DNA from: Parvularia atlantis | Lineage: Eukaryota | Length of the DNA stretch: 46,033 nucleotides | Assembly (NCBI GenBank): GCA_943704415.1 | Contig: CALSCO010000263.1 | Coordinates: 1-46,033, forward strand | Direction: 5' to 3' | Shown here: in pieces, positions 23,801 through 35,600 of the stretch | Numbering within the stretch: position 1 is the stretch's first letter | Layout: each line of letters starts with the position of its first letter | Translations under genes and position numbers: made by a program | Notes under the pieces: model-generated | The model's input: only the letters and a program-made list of their open reading frames with translations | Database searches by the model: none | Told to the model about the DNA's origin: nothing

Positions 23801-26800
23801 TTGGCGACGACGACCGAGTACAGGTCCGTCTGCAGGCCACCCTCAACGCCCGACAGCGCCAGCTGGATTGGCCGGAACTCCTGCAGCACCTGCGCAACGG
23901 CCATCAGCGCGCAGGCAACGGGCAACACTCGCACGCACCCGCCACACGAGCCGTCGCACGAGCGGGTGCGCACGCGTGCCCAGCACAAGCGCGGCGCCGT
24001 CAATCTCGGCGGCGAGGTGGCCCAGGCCCGGGTCGGCCTGTGGCACGCCCTTGTTTGTGCGCAGCTGCCGCGCGTCGTAAGCAGCACATCCCGGAAAAGG
24101 GGGGCATTGCACGCACCTGGTCGCTCCAGATGCGCAGGAGTGTGAGCACCTGGCCCAGCACCGTCAGCGTGCTCGTGTCGCTCTGCGCGTCCTCGCCAAA
24201 CATGAGCAGCAAGAAGCTCGCGACGATGCGGCAGCGAAAGTCAGGCTGTTGCGCCGTCAGCAACCTTGTGCGCGTGCAGCACAGTCGTCACACCTGCTCC
24301 ACGAAGACGCGCTGGATCGAACGAGCGACCTCGGCCGCGAGGGCTTCCACGCCGTGCAGCGTGAGCGCGCCCGCGACGATGTTGAGCTCGGGCACGCGCA
24401 CGATTGGCAACGTCGCCAGCACCTCTTTGTAGAGCGACAGCACGGCGGTCTGCGCTTCCCGTCAGCGCTGCAGACAGCATGCAACGCTCGCTGCACACCT
24501 GGTCAGCCTGGATACCCACGGCGCGCTTCTTCTTCGTCGGCCGCGTGAGCTGCGTCGACGCGACGAGCGCGCCGATCGACGCTAGCGAGCCGTCGACGTC
24601 GCAGCCGGTCTGCAACGACGTGTAAGGCAATAAGATTGACGGGTACGCGCTCACCAGCCACTTGGAGACCGTCGTGCCCACGCTCGGTGCCGCGCGGTGA
24701 GTCTCGCCAGCAACGACCTCGCTCTGTGGCTCGGCCGGCGCCATCAGCGGCGCAACCTCGACCGATGACGAGCGCACGCTGCGTGTGCGGCATGGGCTCG
24801 GTGGTCACGTCAAGCGGGCAGGCACGAGCGCACTGCTGCATGGGTGCACTGCCGCTGGTCGCTGGCGTCGAGAAAACCGTCTCAGGCGCCTCGACGCTGG
24901 GCATCTTGGAGCTGCATGCAGCACGGCACGTCAGCAGTTGACTGCCGCGGCAGGCGCGGCTCACCTGCGCATGAGCCGGCCAAGACCGCCCGAGACCGAG
25001 CGGATAAAGCTGCGTCGCGGGCCGCGCTCGTCGGCCGGGGAGAGCGCGGCGGCCTCGCCGGCCTCGCTCGCGTGGAAGATCTGCGGCTCGCTGTCACACG
25101 CGATTAGCGGTGCGCGCACGAAAACAGAGGGTCGGCCGGCACCTCGCAAAGTCGTCCGGGTGGACGACGTGCGGCACCGAGACGTCCAGCACCTGCGTCG
25201 CAAAACCGAGCGTGGCCGTGCCGACCTGCATGTCGCACAGCTGGTGCAGGTACGAGATGCTCGGGCCAAACTTGGCGCCCGCCTGCGCGAGGAATAAGCC
25301 GAGCGGCTCCGCGACTGCGCACGCAGCGAGCCGTTAGAGCAAAAGGCAGCAGCAGCGGCGTGCGACGAGGCGCACCGTGCTCGGGCACGCCGTCTGCAAA
25401 GCCCGACAGCGGGTCCAGCAGGATGCGCAGCACGCGCACGCCGAGCAGGTACAGCTCGGGCGGCTTGCCGTCCTCGGAGTGCATGAGCAGGCCCGGCAGG
25501 ACCTTGTCGAGCACGAAGATCGGGCTGGCGGCGAGCATCTGCAGCACGATCGCCACACCCGTGCCAACGCAGTCCGTCGCGAGCGGCAGCGTGCGCTTGC
25601 TGAAGAGCGCGTCGTCGACCGCCTGCAGCCGGTCCTGCACCACCTTCCGTGCCACGAGCGTCATCATCGGCGCCAGCGGTGCAGCACAGGCACGGCAATG
25701 TGCACCTTGGCCTGCTCCTCCCCGGCCGGGCGCACGCCAAAAGCGAGAGGCCGTGCCAGCGCGTGCTTGCCGTACAGCTCATCCTGAGCGTGCGCGAGGC
25801 ACTGCCGCTGCTGGCCGCGGAGCAGGCGCAGCAGGGCGCGCAGCTGCGCGAGGGGCGACTTTTTCTTGTCCTGCCCCGGCGCATGCGCATGTGTGTGAGG
25901 ACAGTCGATGCGTTTCGGGGCGCGCGCACCTTGGCCGCCTTAAGCAGCTCCTTCGTCAGCAGGTCGCCCACGTTGGCCTCGAAGAACGACTGCGAGGCAC
26001 GTGCGATCGCCACAACCGCCAGATGCAGCGCGGCCGCACGCAGCTCATCCACGCCGAGCCACTTTTGCGCACGCTTGTACGTCTCGGCGATCTGTTTCGC
26101 GCGATGTGCAATGTCAGCGCAACGAGCACGGGGAAGCGCGCCCGCTACCTCGCGCGCGCCGTCCTCGCTCGCCGTGCCGTTGAGCTGGTCGACGATGCGC
26201 TCGATCCCGTGCACGCAGCTGAGGCGCACGTACGTCTTCTTCTGCTTGTCGACCGCGTCCGCGAGCGTGCGCAGCAGCTGCAGCGCGTCGTCGACCTCGC
26301 CCGGCTGACGCACAACAGGCTGGTCAGCAACGGACGATGCAGAGGCAGCGACGCACGCCAAAGACGAGAAACTGGAGCCCACGCACAGTCGCCTGCACCT
26401 CGTCCGCGCCTAGCTTTGCCCACGACACGAGCGCCTCGGCTGTGATGCGCGCGCGGCTGCCGCGCAGCGCTCGCGTGAGCCTGCGCACGACCAGAGCGGG
26501 CGGCGTGCGCACTGCTTGTGCGAAAGGGCGCCGAGCACGACGGCGACGCGGTGTGAGATCGCGAGCGAAAACTGCCCAAACGTCTCGCCGCTCAGCTTCC
26601 TGCACCGCCGATCAGTCTCGCAGACGCACAAGCGGAGCTCCTAGGCGCACCGCGGCAGCAGCGCACGCAGCGCTGCAAGACACGCGCGGATCAGTTGCTC
26701 CTGTGTCTCGGGGCGCAGCGCGGCCATCAGCGCGGTCGCATCGCGGGTGGCCGGCGCGGACACGAGCGCAGCGAGAGCGTCAGCGACGAGTGCGGCCCAC

Positions 26801-27572
26801 GAGAGCGCCTGCGTCTCCCGTCAGGAACGAAAAAGCCAGGGCGCGCAAGGCAGGCGAGGGACACACGCAGGCCTCGGCCACCTTGCTCTCGGGCGCGACG
26901 GTGCCGCCAGCGATGCGCAGCATCAGCGTGTCGACAAACGCGGTCGCATCGGGGCCGCTTCCCGGCAGCAGCTTGCGGGTGTCGTTAGCCGCGTGCAGCA
27001 ATGCAGCGCGGCCCACGCACCGTCACCAGGCTGCCCACGAGGCCGTCGATCACGCTCAATGGCGCGGCCTGCAGCAGCGCGACAAACGCGCCGTGCGCGT
27101 CGCTCTCGATGGCTAGCGCGAGCACGTGTTCGTCCTGCGCGACCGTGAGCAGCGGTCCGATGCGGATGCACAGGCGCGCGCGCGGCTACCTTGCGCGGCC
27201 CCGTCGCCCACGCTGTCAGGTGCGCTGCCGTGGCGTGCTGCCACTGCGCTGTCGCGGCTGCAAAGACGTCGGCATCGGGCTGCGGCGACGTCTGCGCGGC
27301 GCCCGTCATCAGCAGGCCATTTGCATCCGCGTGCCACACAGCACCTGGCGCAGCGCTGCGACGTCGCGCGCGAGCTGCTCGGCCAGCGCGGGCTGGTTCT
27401 CGCGCTGCGCGAGCGCGCGCCGCTGCTCCCTGTCGCGCACGGCGTCGCCGATCTGTGCACGTGTCGCGTGAGCGGGGCAGGGTGCGTGCTCCACGAGATG
27501 CGCACGCACCTTCTGCGCGTATTTGGCGTCCTGCGGCGCGTCGGCGCCCGTGCGGCGCGTCGCGGCGTGCAT
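17859..27572 (-). CDS. Furry/Tao3/Mor2-Pag1 family HEAT/ARM scaffold, highly divergent, several dozen small introns
   Basis: Exon translations follow the Furry block order as I recall it: VRGLQFLVFG-PGEVDDALQLL; VQDRLQAVDDALFSK...PPELYLLGVRVLRILLD; LYKEVLATLP; AEIDGAALVLGT; LGLYHLTHGDGSVRQRAAALV; LVVPMLAHIDL; RHLPTVVSHV; LARETLFWAAS; FGGLQPLLVQAL. Last exon WNVNALLEALP-TGA at 17859. Confidence 0.78.
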
Positions 27573-27614
27573 GAGACGCGCTCGCGACGTGCCGTTTCGA
27601 GTCTGTCACCAAAC

Positions 27615-28738
27615 ATGACCGCCGCCATGACTCGCGCCGCATCGGCCGCGCTCGTTCATGTGCGTTGCACGCGCCGCAGTCGCACCTTCGCGCCGCTCAC
27701 TGCGCCGCCGCCCGCGCAGGTCGAGAAGAAGGGCTTCGTGACGACCGTGACGATCACGCGCCCCAAGGAGCGCAACGCTGTCGACGGCGCGACGGCCGAG
27801 GCGCTGCACGCCGCGTTCACCGCGTTCGACGCTGATCAGGAGGCGCGGCTCACGCATCGGCTTGTGCGGCGTTGTTGCTGAAGCAGAGCGCAGGCGCGCG
27901 TCGCCGTCCTCTGCGGCACCGGCGGCACGTTCTGCGCCGGGGCCGACCTCAAGGGCTTCTCGAACCCGATCAACGTCGAGATGGACCGGATGGGCCCGAT
28001 GGTTCGCGAGCGCTCGCGGTGCAGCCCCGGCCTGGCTGAGCGCGTTGCGCAGGGCATCTCGCGCCTGCGCCTCAGCAAGCCCGTGGTCGCGGCCGTCGCG
28101 GGCTATGCCGTCGCCGGCGGGCTCGAGCTCGCGCTCTGGTGCGACCTGCGCGTCGCGGAGGAGTCGGCCACCTTTGGCGTCTTCTGCCGGCGCTGGGGCG
28201 TGCCGGTGCGCGCTGCCGCCCCTGGCTGCGTGCGAGCGACTGACTGCGCACACAGCTGATCGACGGCGGCACCGTGCGCCTCGCGCGGCTCATCGGCCAG
28301 TCGCGCGCGATGGACATGGTGCTCACCGGTCGTCCGGTCGCGGCCTCAGAGGCGCTCTCGTTCGGTGCGGCTGCACTGGCGGCCGCGCGCATCACTGCTG
28401 ACTGCTCGTGCCGCAGGGCTTGCCAACCGCGTCGTGCCCAACGGCAAGGCGATGGAGGCGGCCGAGGCGCTCGCGCGCGAGATTGCCCAGTTCCCGCAGC
28501 TGTGCATGCGCAACGACCGCCAGTCGATGCTCGACAGCCACGGCCTGAACGAGCACGACGCGCTGGCAGTCGAGTTCAAGTACGGCCTGCAGACGCTTGC
28601 GAGCGGCGAGGTGTGCGCTTGCGCTTTCGCGAGGGTACAATGTCCCTGACGCCGGGTCCGCAGGCGCAGCAGGGCGCCGCGCGCTTCGCTGCTGGCGCTG
28701 GCCGCCACGGTGCGTTCGGCAAGGACTCGAAGCTCTGA
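27615..28738 (+). CDS. Enoyl-CoA hydratase/isomerase (crotonase family), peroxisomal
   Basis: RPKERNAVD, FCAGADLK, GPMGISRL, GYAVAGGLELALWCDLRV and FCRRWGVPLIDGGTVRL. Ends in -SKL (PTS1). Confidence 0.95.
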
Positions 28739-28792
28739 CGGCATCTCGCACCAGTGCAAATCGCTTTCGCTGTTCCACGCTTACAGGTCCCA

Positions 28793-29636
28793 TCAGTGCT
28801 CCACCGCAAACTGCGCCGAGGCCTCGGGGCCCGCGACGGTGCGGTAGACGTAGGCGCGCGCGCGTACCGTCGCGCTCGAGTGCAGCGTAAACGGCCCGCG
28901 CACGTCGTACTTGATGCTGTTCTTGTTGGGTTCGACGCCATTAAGCCTGCGCGCCGCGCGTGAGCCCCACGCAGCGGTGCACTTGCCAGAGCGCACGTGT
29001 AGTAGATGTGCGCACCCGGCGTGCGGCACGTGAGCGAGATCGCGACCTGCGTGTGGAACTGGCCGCCGCTGGGCTTGATCTCGACCGACTCGACCTGCGG
29101 CGCCGCTCAGCGACACATGCCATCAGCGTGCACATGCGCACCTTGATCTCGTCGAGATTGTCCGGCGGCTGCTCGATCACCGCGCCACGCCACGGGTACC
29201 GCCGCGGCGCCGTCGTCGACGCGCCCGCCGCGGCCAGCGCGGCAACATCGCCGCCGTCCGCCTCGGCCTCAGCCTCGCGGCGCCGGGACACGGTGCCCTG
29301 CTCGCACTCGCAAGTAAGCCATCGCACACGAACACGATCGCATCGGTACGGTGCGCGCGCCTTCTTCTTCTTGGGCTTGGACTCGTCGCCGGCCGCGGCC
29401 GCGGCCTTGCGCGTCCCGGCCTTGCGCAGTGTGCCGCTCTTGGGCGTGTCGGCCGCGCCGGGCGTGGCGGGTGTCATCGGCGTAACCGGCGTCATCTCGA
29501 CGTCGGCACCACGCGCGGCGCTCGCCGTGCTCGTCGACACGCTCAGCGCCGTCTGCAGGCGCCGCGCCGCACCGCGCGGTCGCGATGAGCCGCACAGCGC
29601 CGCGCCAGCGCGGGCGTGTCACGGTACCACGGACAT
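28793..29636 (-). CDS. Protein with disordered basic N-terminus and a C-terminal CHB_HEX_C_1/Fn3_assoc-like domain
   Basis: VEIKPSGGQFHTQVAISLTCRTPGAHIYYT|LNGVEPNKNSIKYDVRGPFTLHSSATVRARAY matches the IYYTLDGSEP...Y..PF.L...TVKA pattern. KPKKKK is a candidate NLS. Confidence 0.75.
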
Positions 29637-29666
29637 GCTGCCGATTCGCGTGAAAAAAACAGCACG

Positions 29667-29994
29667 ATGTCCGAAGCGGCGCGCGAGCAGCTCGAGGCGG
29701 TTCGTGGCGTCGTCGGCTTCGCGCGCGCGCGCGATCGCTCACGGGTGCGCACAGGTCACGGTGTCGCTCACGCGGCTGTTCCAGACGCTGACGCAGCACG
29801 TGGCGACGGTGCGCGTGCGTGCGATCGCCGACGATTTGCTGACGGCGGCCGTTGCGACCAAGGTCAACGAGCTCGCGGTCGAGGCCGAGGTCCACGGCAA
29901 GTTCCTCGGCGCGTGGGACGAGTTCCTGCGGCGCGGCGCGCAGACGTTCGCGGGGCGTGACGGCGGCGGCGCAAATGACGCGATGCGGACGTGA
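29667..29994 (+). CDS. Small coiled-coil protein resembling a DASH/Dam1 complex subunit (Dad1/Dad2/Duo1-like); 3 exons
   Basis: Introns 29700-29754 and 29809-29862 give MSEAAREQLEAVTVSLTRLFQTLTQHVATVNELAVEAEVHGKFLGAWDEFLRRG..., a single amphipathic helix ending in WxxF/L. Confidence 0.45.
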
Positions 29995-30039
29995 TCGCAG
30001 CAGCTTTTGTACCGATAGGCCCACAGACGGACAAGACTA

Positions 30040-30350
30040 GGCCCGCCGCCGCCCCCAGCCGCGCGCCCACGTTTATCAGCGGCTTCTCGACGGCGAGGTA
30101 GACGACGAGCGCGCCGGCCAGCGACACGACGAGGAAGAACGGCGTACGGCAGGTACAGGAACACGTGCACGGCGACCACCCACGTCACGGCCAGCGCCCG
30201 CGACGCGTCCAGTGGCGCCGTCTGCGTGTGCCCGCGCGTCCGCACGAGCGACCGCGTATTCGCCACAAGATCCCACGCGCCCATTGGATTCACGTCACGA
30301 CCAATGAGCGCGCTCGCCACTTTTGCCCATTGATCTACAACCGCGCGCAT
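30040..30350 (-). pseudogene. Internally deleted acyltransferase-3 (NRF-6/OafA-like) relic
   Basis: N-terminal motif AWDLVANTRSL...PLDASRALAVTWVVAVHVF abuts, in another frame, the family's C-terminal motif VVSLAGALVVYLAVEKPLINV. The central TM helices are absent. Confidence 0.6.
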
Positions 30351-30591
30351 GTAGCTGCTGCTATCTGCTTCGCCGCCTCGCGCGTTGCCGCGCTGCATCC
30401 GCCGCGCGCTGCATCTGCCGCCTGCGCGCCGCTCAGGGTGGGCGCGCGGATTGTCGGATGGATCGGGGTGCCGCCGCGTCGTGCGCGTCCTGTGCGCGTG
30501 CGGTCAACGTCTGCCTCGCCGCCCTTCACCGAATTCGGTGTCTCAATTCCGCGCCCCCCGTCGCGCGCACGCGCAGCAGCGGCCTGCGAAG

Positions 30592-30754
30592 ATGGCGAAT
30601 CCGTTCGCTGTCCTCACGATCGAGGACGACGACGAGCCCGAGGCGCCTGTGGCAGCCCCGGCGCCCGCGGCGGCGGCCAAGGGCGGCGCGGCGGTCAAGA
30701 AGGACTCGCCCAAGCAGCCGGCGGCGGCGCAGCAGGGCTCGGGCCAGGGCCAAG

Positions 30755-30785
<31 letters not shown>

Positions 30786-32358
30786 CAGCAGCGGCCCGCG
30801 TGAGCCCCGTGGCGACCGCCAGCCGCGCGGCGACCGTCCGCCGCGTGCCGATCGGCCCCCGCGTGAGGGCGGCGGTGCGTGACGCGCGCTCTCTCCCCTC
30901 TCGGGTCACGTGCGGAGGGGGACGCAGGGTGCGGGGGCGCGGGGGCGCGGGGGCGTACACGCCTGATGAGACACATTCAACATTCTCGTACTAAGTTTCA
31001 GAGCGGGTTGTGGCGCATCTTTCCGCCCGTCCCGCAGTGCTCGAGACCTTGAATCACTCCACTCTGACCATCCGCCCGCCCCCCTCCGCCCTCTGCCCTG
31101 CACACCCCCCTCGCGCTGCTGCTGCTGCTGCTGCTGCTGCTGCATTGCCCGTCTCGGCGCATCGGCTCACTCGAGCGCACACCGCACCGCACCCGATCGC
31201 GATGCGCGCAAAAGATCGCCCACCGCGCACCGAGCCGCGCGAGCCCCGTGGCGACCGCCCGCCGCGTGGTGACCGTCCGCCGCGCTACGCGCGTGCGCAG
31301 GGCGAGCAGCCGGCCGGTGCGTTGCCGCGAGCGCACTGGCGCTGCGTCTGTGGCCTGACCGATCGCCGCAGCCGGTGGCGAGGGCGAGGGCGCTGCCGAG
31401 GTGCAGGACTACAACCCGAGCGAGGCGAGCTTCGACCGCCGCCCGTACGAGGGCTCGACCCGCGGCCGCTACGGCGGGCGCGGCCGTGGCGATGGCCGCA
31501 AGCGCGAGTTTGACCGCCGCGGCGCGCCGCACCACTCCGACGGCGCCAAGCACGAGACGCACGGCAAGGGCAACTGGGGCGCTGAGGGTGCTGCCGACGC
31601 GAGTGCGGAGCCCGCGGCGACCGAGGGTGCGTTTGGCGCTCGCTGCTGCCGCGGGCGTCTGACGCGAGGCGCACCTGGCGCAGACGGCGCTGCCGCCGCC
31701 ACCGGCACCGAGGAGGGCGCGCCGGCCGCCGACGCGACGCCCGCTGCGGCGCCCGCGGAGCGCCGCGAGGACCCTGATGACAACGTGCGCCGCCGTGACG
31801 CGGCCGCTTGCGCCGGCTGACGCGGTTGGGTGGCGCAGCTCAAGACGCTCGACGAGTGGAAGAAGCTCCAGAGCAAGCCCTCGATCGAGCTGCCCCCGGC
31901 GCGCAAGGCGAACGAGGGTGCCAACGAGGAGGAGTGGAAGGAGGCCGTCGTGCTCGACAAGACGGCCGAGGAGTTTTACTCCGGCAAGGTGCGCGGCACG
32001 CGATGCGCGCTGGTGCCAACTGCTGACACACGAGCCGCGCTCGCAGGGCGTCACCAAGGCGTCCAAGACCAAGGAGCCCAAGCCCGTCGTGCGTATCGAG
32101 GTGGAGATGAAGCGCTACCAGCCCGAGCGCTTCGACCGCGGCGGCGACCGCGGCGGCGACCGCGGCGGCGACCGCGGTGGCCGTGGTGGCGGCCGTGGCG
32201 GCGCGCCTCGCGGTGGCGGCCGGGGAGGCCGTGGCGGAGGCCGCGGCGGCTACTCGTCGGACCGCCCGCCGCGCGCGGACGCGCCCGCCAAGGGGCCCAA
32301 CGCGCCCGCCCTCAAGCTCGACGAGGCCAACTTCCCTGCGCTCGGCGCGGCGAAGTGA
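30592..32358 (+). CDS. SERBP1: SERBP1/HABP4 (Stm1-like) RGG ribosome-binding protein
   Basis: MANPFAVL, RKREFDRR, GKGNWG, KTLDEWKK, RGG box and C-terminal DEANFPALG. Confidence 0.9.
30959..31070 (+). ncRNA. Intronic box C/D snoRNA with two rRNA guides
   Basis: Lies in the only long (~340 nt, 30875-31213) intron. C box TGATGA at 30964-30969, D' CAGA at 30999-31002, D box CTGA at 31064-31067. Guide 30983-30998 is complementary to LSU GAACUUAGUACGAGAG. Guide 31051-31063 is complementary to SSU GGUGGAGUGAUUU. G-rich 30911-30956 and C-rich 31073-31115 flanks can form an external stem. Confidence 0.85.
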
Positions 32359-32655
32359 GGGTCCGAGTGCCGACCGCGCGCCCGCACGAGCGTTTTCAGC
32401 AGCATGCCTCTCCTCTCCCAGGGGTGTGTGCGGGCACGGTGCCCGTTCCAAAACTCGTTGTCTTTGCCATGTTCCATGGTCTTGAAAGGAAACAGGTGAA
32501 AGAAAACAGGTGGGACGATGCTGAGGGGGGGTCGGGGGTGAGGGCTGTGCGCGGGCCGAGTGCCGTGGTCGTGGGCAGCCGGCTGTTTGCGGTGTGCAAC
32601 CGAAGAGGATGCTCTAATGTTACTGCGGTGCGGGGTGATCGTGCTATTTTTTGCG

Positions 32656-35600
32656 TCACGCCACGCTGTGCTCGATGATGCGCGCCAAGCGCGGGTGCGA
32701 CAGGGTCCCGCCGTTGCTTGCCTTATTGGCCGCCGCCGCCTGCGCCGCCGCCAGCTTCTCGGCAAACTCGCGCGCGTACTGCCGCTCGTAGTCGAACTGG
32801 CGCTGCTCGAGCCGCGTGAGCACGGGGAACACAGCGCGCAGGTTGTCGTCCTGCGCGCGGCATGTCAGCATGAGCACGAACTGTAACCAGGCTGTGCCGC
32901 ACAGTGCTCTGGTCCGAGATCGTCTTGAGCTCTGCAAACTTCTCCACGCACAGGCGCTGCAGCGCTGACAGTTCGCGGCTCAGGTCCCGGTCGTCCAGCG
33001 CCGTGTTGATGTGGTGCTGCTCAAACGTGTCGTTTGGCGCGGGCATCTGCGGACGAGACGCGGCGGCGCTCAACGGCTCGCCGTGCCAACGCGGCGCGGC
33101 GCGGCGCGGCGACGGACCGAAAACTGCGCGATGAGTTGGCGCATGGCCTCTTGCCGCTCCTCCATGAACGGCAGCATCGCCGCCATGTACGGCTCCTTGT
33201 CGATCACGGGCACGAGGTTGGCCAGGCACTGGATCACCTTGGCGACGAGCGTGAGCGAGCGCGCCGGGCGGGTTGTCAGCGGCTCTGTCGCGCGGCAGGC
33301 GTGTAAGTCTGTGCGACAGCGAGGCTGCGGGCGGCGTGCCGTTCACGAGGCCGAACAGCGCCGGGTTGAGGATCGCGGGGCAGAAGAAGCGCAGGAAGAT
33401 AAACCCGCTGGCGCGCGGCGCTCAGTTTTCGGCGGTGCGGCAAGGCGGCCACCGCGCGCGCACCTCACGGCCGTGTACTGCTCGTCGCCCGTCTTGAACT
33501 TGCGGATGACCTCCTCGCGGATGTTGGCGAAGACGCGCTTGATCTCACTGCGTCGCACATGCTGCAATCAGCCGCACGTCGCGTGCGCACGCGGCCGGCG
33601 CACGGCGGGCAGTTGTCGACCGAGTACTGGATCGCCTTGAAGCACGAATCGCAGTACTGGTACAACCTCTTCTGGTTCTTCTTTGCGTCCTCGCCCTTCT
33701 CCAGCCGCGTCGGGTCGATCTGCCAGCCGGTGAGACGTCGCTTATGCGCGCGTGTCGACGGCGCACCTCGAGGCTGTCGCGCTCGACCGCGACCGAGCGC
33801 ACAAAGCTGGCCAGCGTCTCGTGCAGGTACTCGAGCCCGACCATCTTCATATACATGTCAATTACCTTTGTGCCGAGTGTGTTGCCGCGGAAGATGATGG
33901 CGGCGCGGTCTGCGAGAGGGTGCATCAGCAGACAGGCAGACAGCAGAGCAGCGTCGGGCGCACCCGTCTTGCGGATCTCAAGCGTCGTGAGCGTGCGCAC
34001 AAAGTTGGTCACGCGGTTGTTGAGCGCAAAGATGTTGACGAGTGTCCCTGTGAGCGACGGCGCAGTGAGCAGCGGCGGCGGCAGTGCACAGAAGCGCACG
34101 CACCGGCGGCCTCATCGAGTTGCGCGATAGCTACCTTCGCGATGGCCTCGGCGACGGTGAGCTCCGGGTCGATGATGATCTACCGGGGTGCACGCGGTGT
34201 CAGGGTGTCGTGTGCGCGCGCGTGCATGCTAAAAAAAAAACGCACGTCGAGCAGCTGGCGGTACTCGCTGAACGGCATAATCTTCTCAAGCTGCGTTCGC
34301 GCGGTGTCAGCTCAAGGTCACAGTGTCGATGTGTGCGCGCACCGTCAGCGTTAGCTTGAGCCGCAGCAGGCCAAAGCCCTCGTCCACGGCCGTCGAGACG
34401 TTTCCCTCGACCGTCGTGCTGCGCGACTTACCGATGGACCCGTCACCGTGGCTGCTGTTGAGCTTACGCTTGAGCATGCTCCTGCGCGCACACGTCAGGC
34501 TCCGATGCACAGCGGAGGTGCAGCGCGCGCACCGGTTCGGCTGCAGACGCTCGTGCGCGCGCACGACGAACCACTGGTCGATCGCGCGCCCGTGCCGGAA
34601 CATGTTGAGGTCGACCTCGACGACGCCTGCACACCGTACACGCGTCAGCGGGGGGGGCCAGCACGCACGCGCGCACGCGCGCCGCACCGAGCCTGCAGTC
34701 GGTGTCGCGCTTGTTCTTGCGGTCGCTGACGTTGTTGATGAGCAGCACGAGCGACGAGGTCTCGTGTGTGATCTCGGAGCTGTGGGGCGTGTGTGAGCGC
34801 TGCCTCAGTGGATGGGCCGGCGGACGCACTCGAAGAAGAACTCGTGCGCCCAGAACGGGTTGGTCGAGGCGTGCTTGGGCAGCGTCGTGGCGCGGTTGAT
34901 GCCGTCCACGAGGATCACGGCGTACGGCGACGGCTTGGTGCTCGCGTTCAGACCGATGTTGCTCCCTGCCCGCACAGCATCAGCACAGGGTACTGACGGG
35001 CAGCCGCAGCCGCGCGCACCCTCCATCACGTGCACGCGCAGCGTCGCGATGACCTTGAACGGCTCGTCGCGGCGCACGGCTGATGCACGCCTGGCGGTGC
35101 GTTGCGGCCAAATCAGTTGCGCATCGCTGCAGCGGCACTCAGCGGGACGCACGCAGCCCGCGACTCTTGCATCGCCGCGGCGTCCTTGCTGCCCTTGCGC
35201 GGGAGCGACATGGACGTGTGACGCCTGCGGATGGGTGCGATGAGCGCGGCGGGGAAGCTCGGCGTGGTGTCGACCTGCGACGGGCGGCGGGATCGTGTCG
35301 GCACCAAGGCACCGAGGGTGGGCCAGTAGGGCACGCACGTCGTCCTCGCCCGGGTGGATCGTCCGCAGCACCGTCACCCACCGGTTGCGCTCGGCCACGG
35401 TCGGCGCGAGCAGGCGCAGCTCCTCGCCGTTGATGAAGCGCATGCAAAACTCCTCGTTGGCGCAGTTTTCCTTGTTGATGATGATCGCGTGGGTGAGGTC
35501 GCGCACGGCCAGCGGTACCGCGCCCGCGCCCTTGTCGCGCTCGTTGTACTCCTCCAGGTAGAAGCCGCGCTTGGCGTAGAGGAACGCCTTCCACTTGGAA

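Noticed and set aside
5882..28738. Lipid-metabolism gene cluster (GT28, ACAD, ceramidase, crotonase)
   Set aside because: The genes are interspersed with unrelated ones and act in different compartments and pathways; chance adjacency in a dense genome is sufficient.
30959..31070. Identity of the snoRNA as U14 or U3
   Set aside because: It lacks the U14 domain A/B sequences and the U3 boxes; its guides match other rRNA regions.
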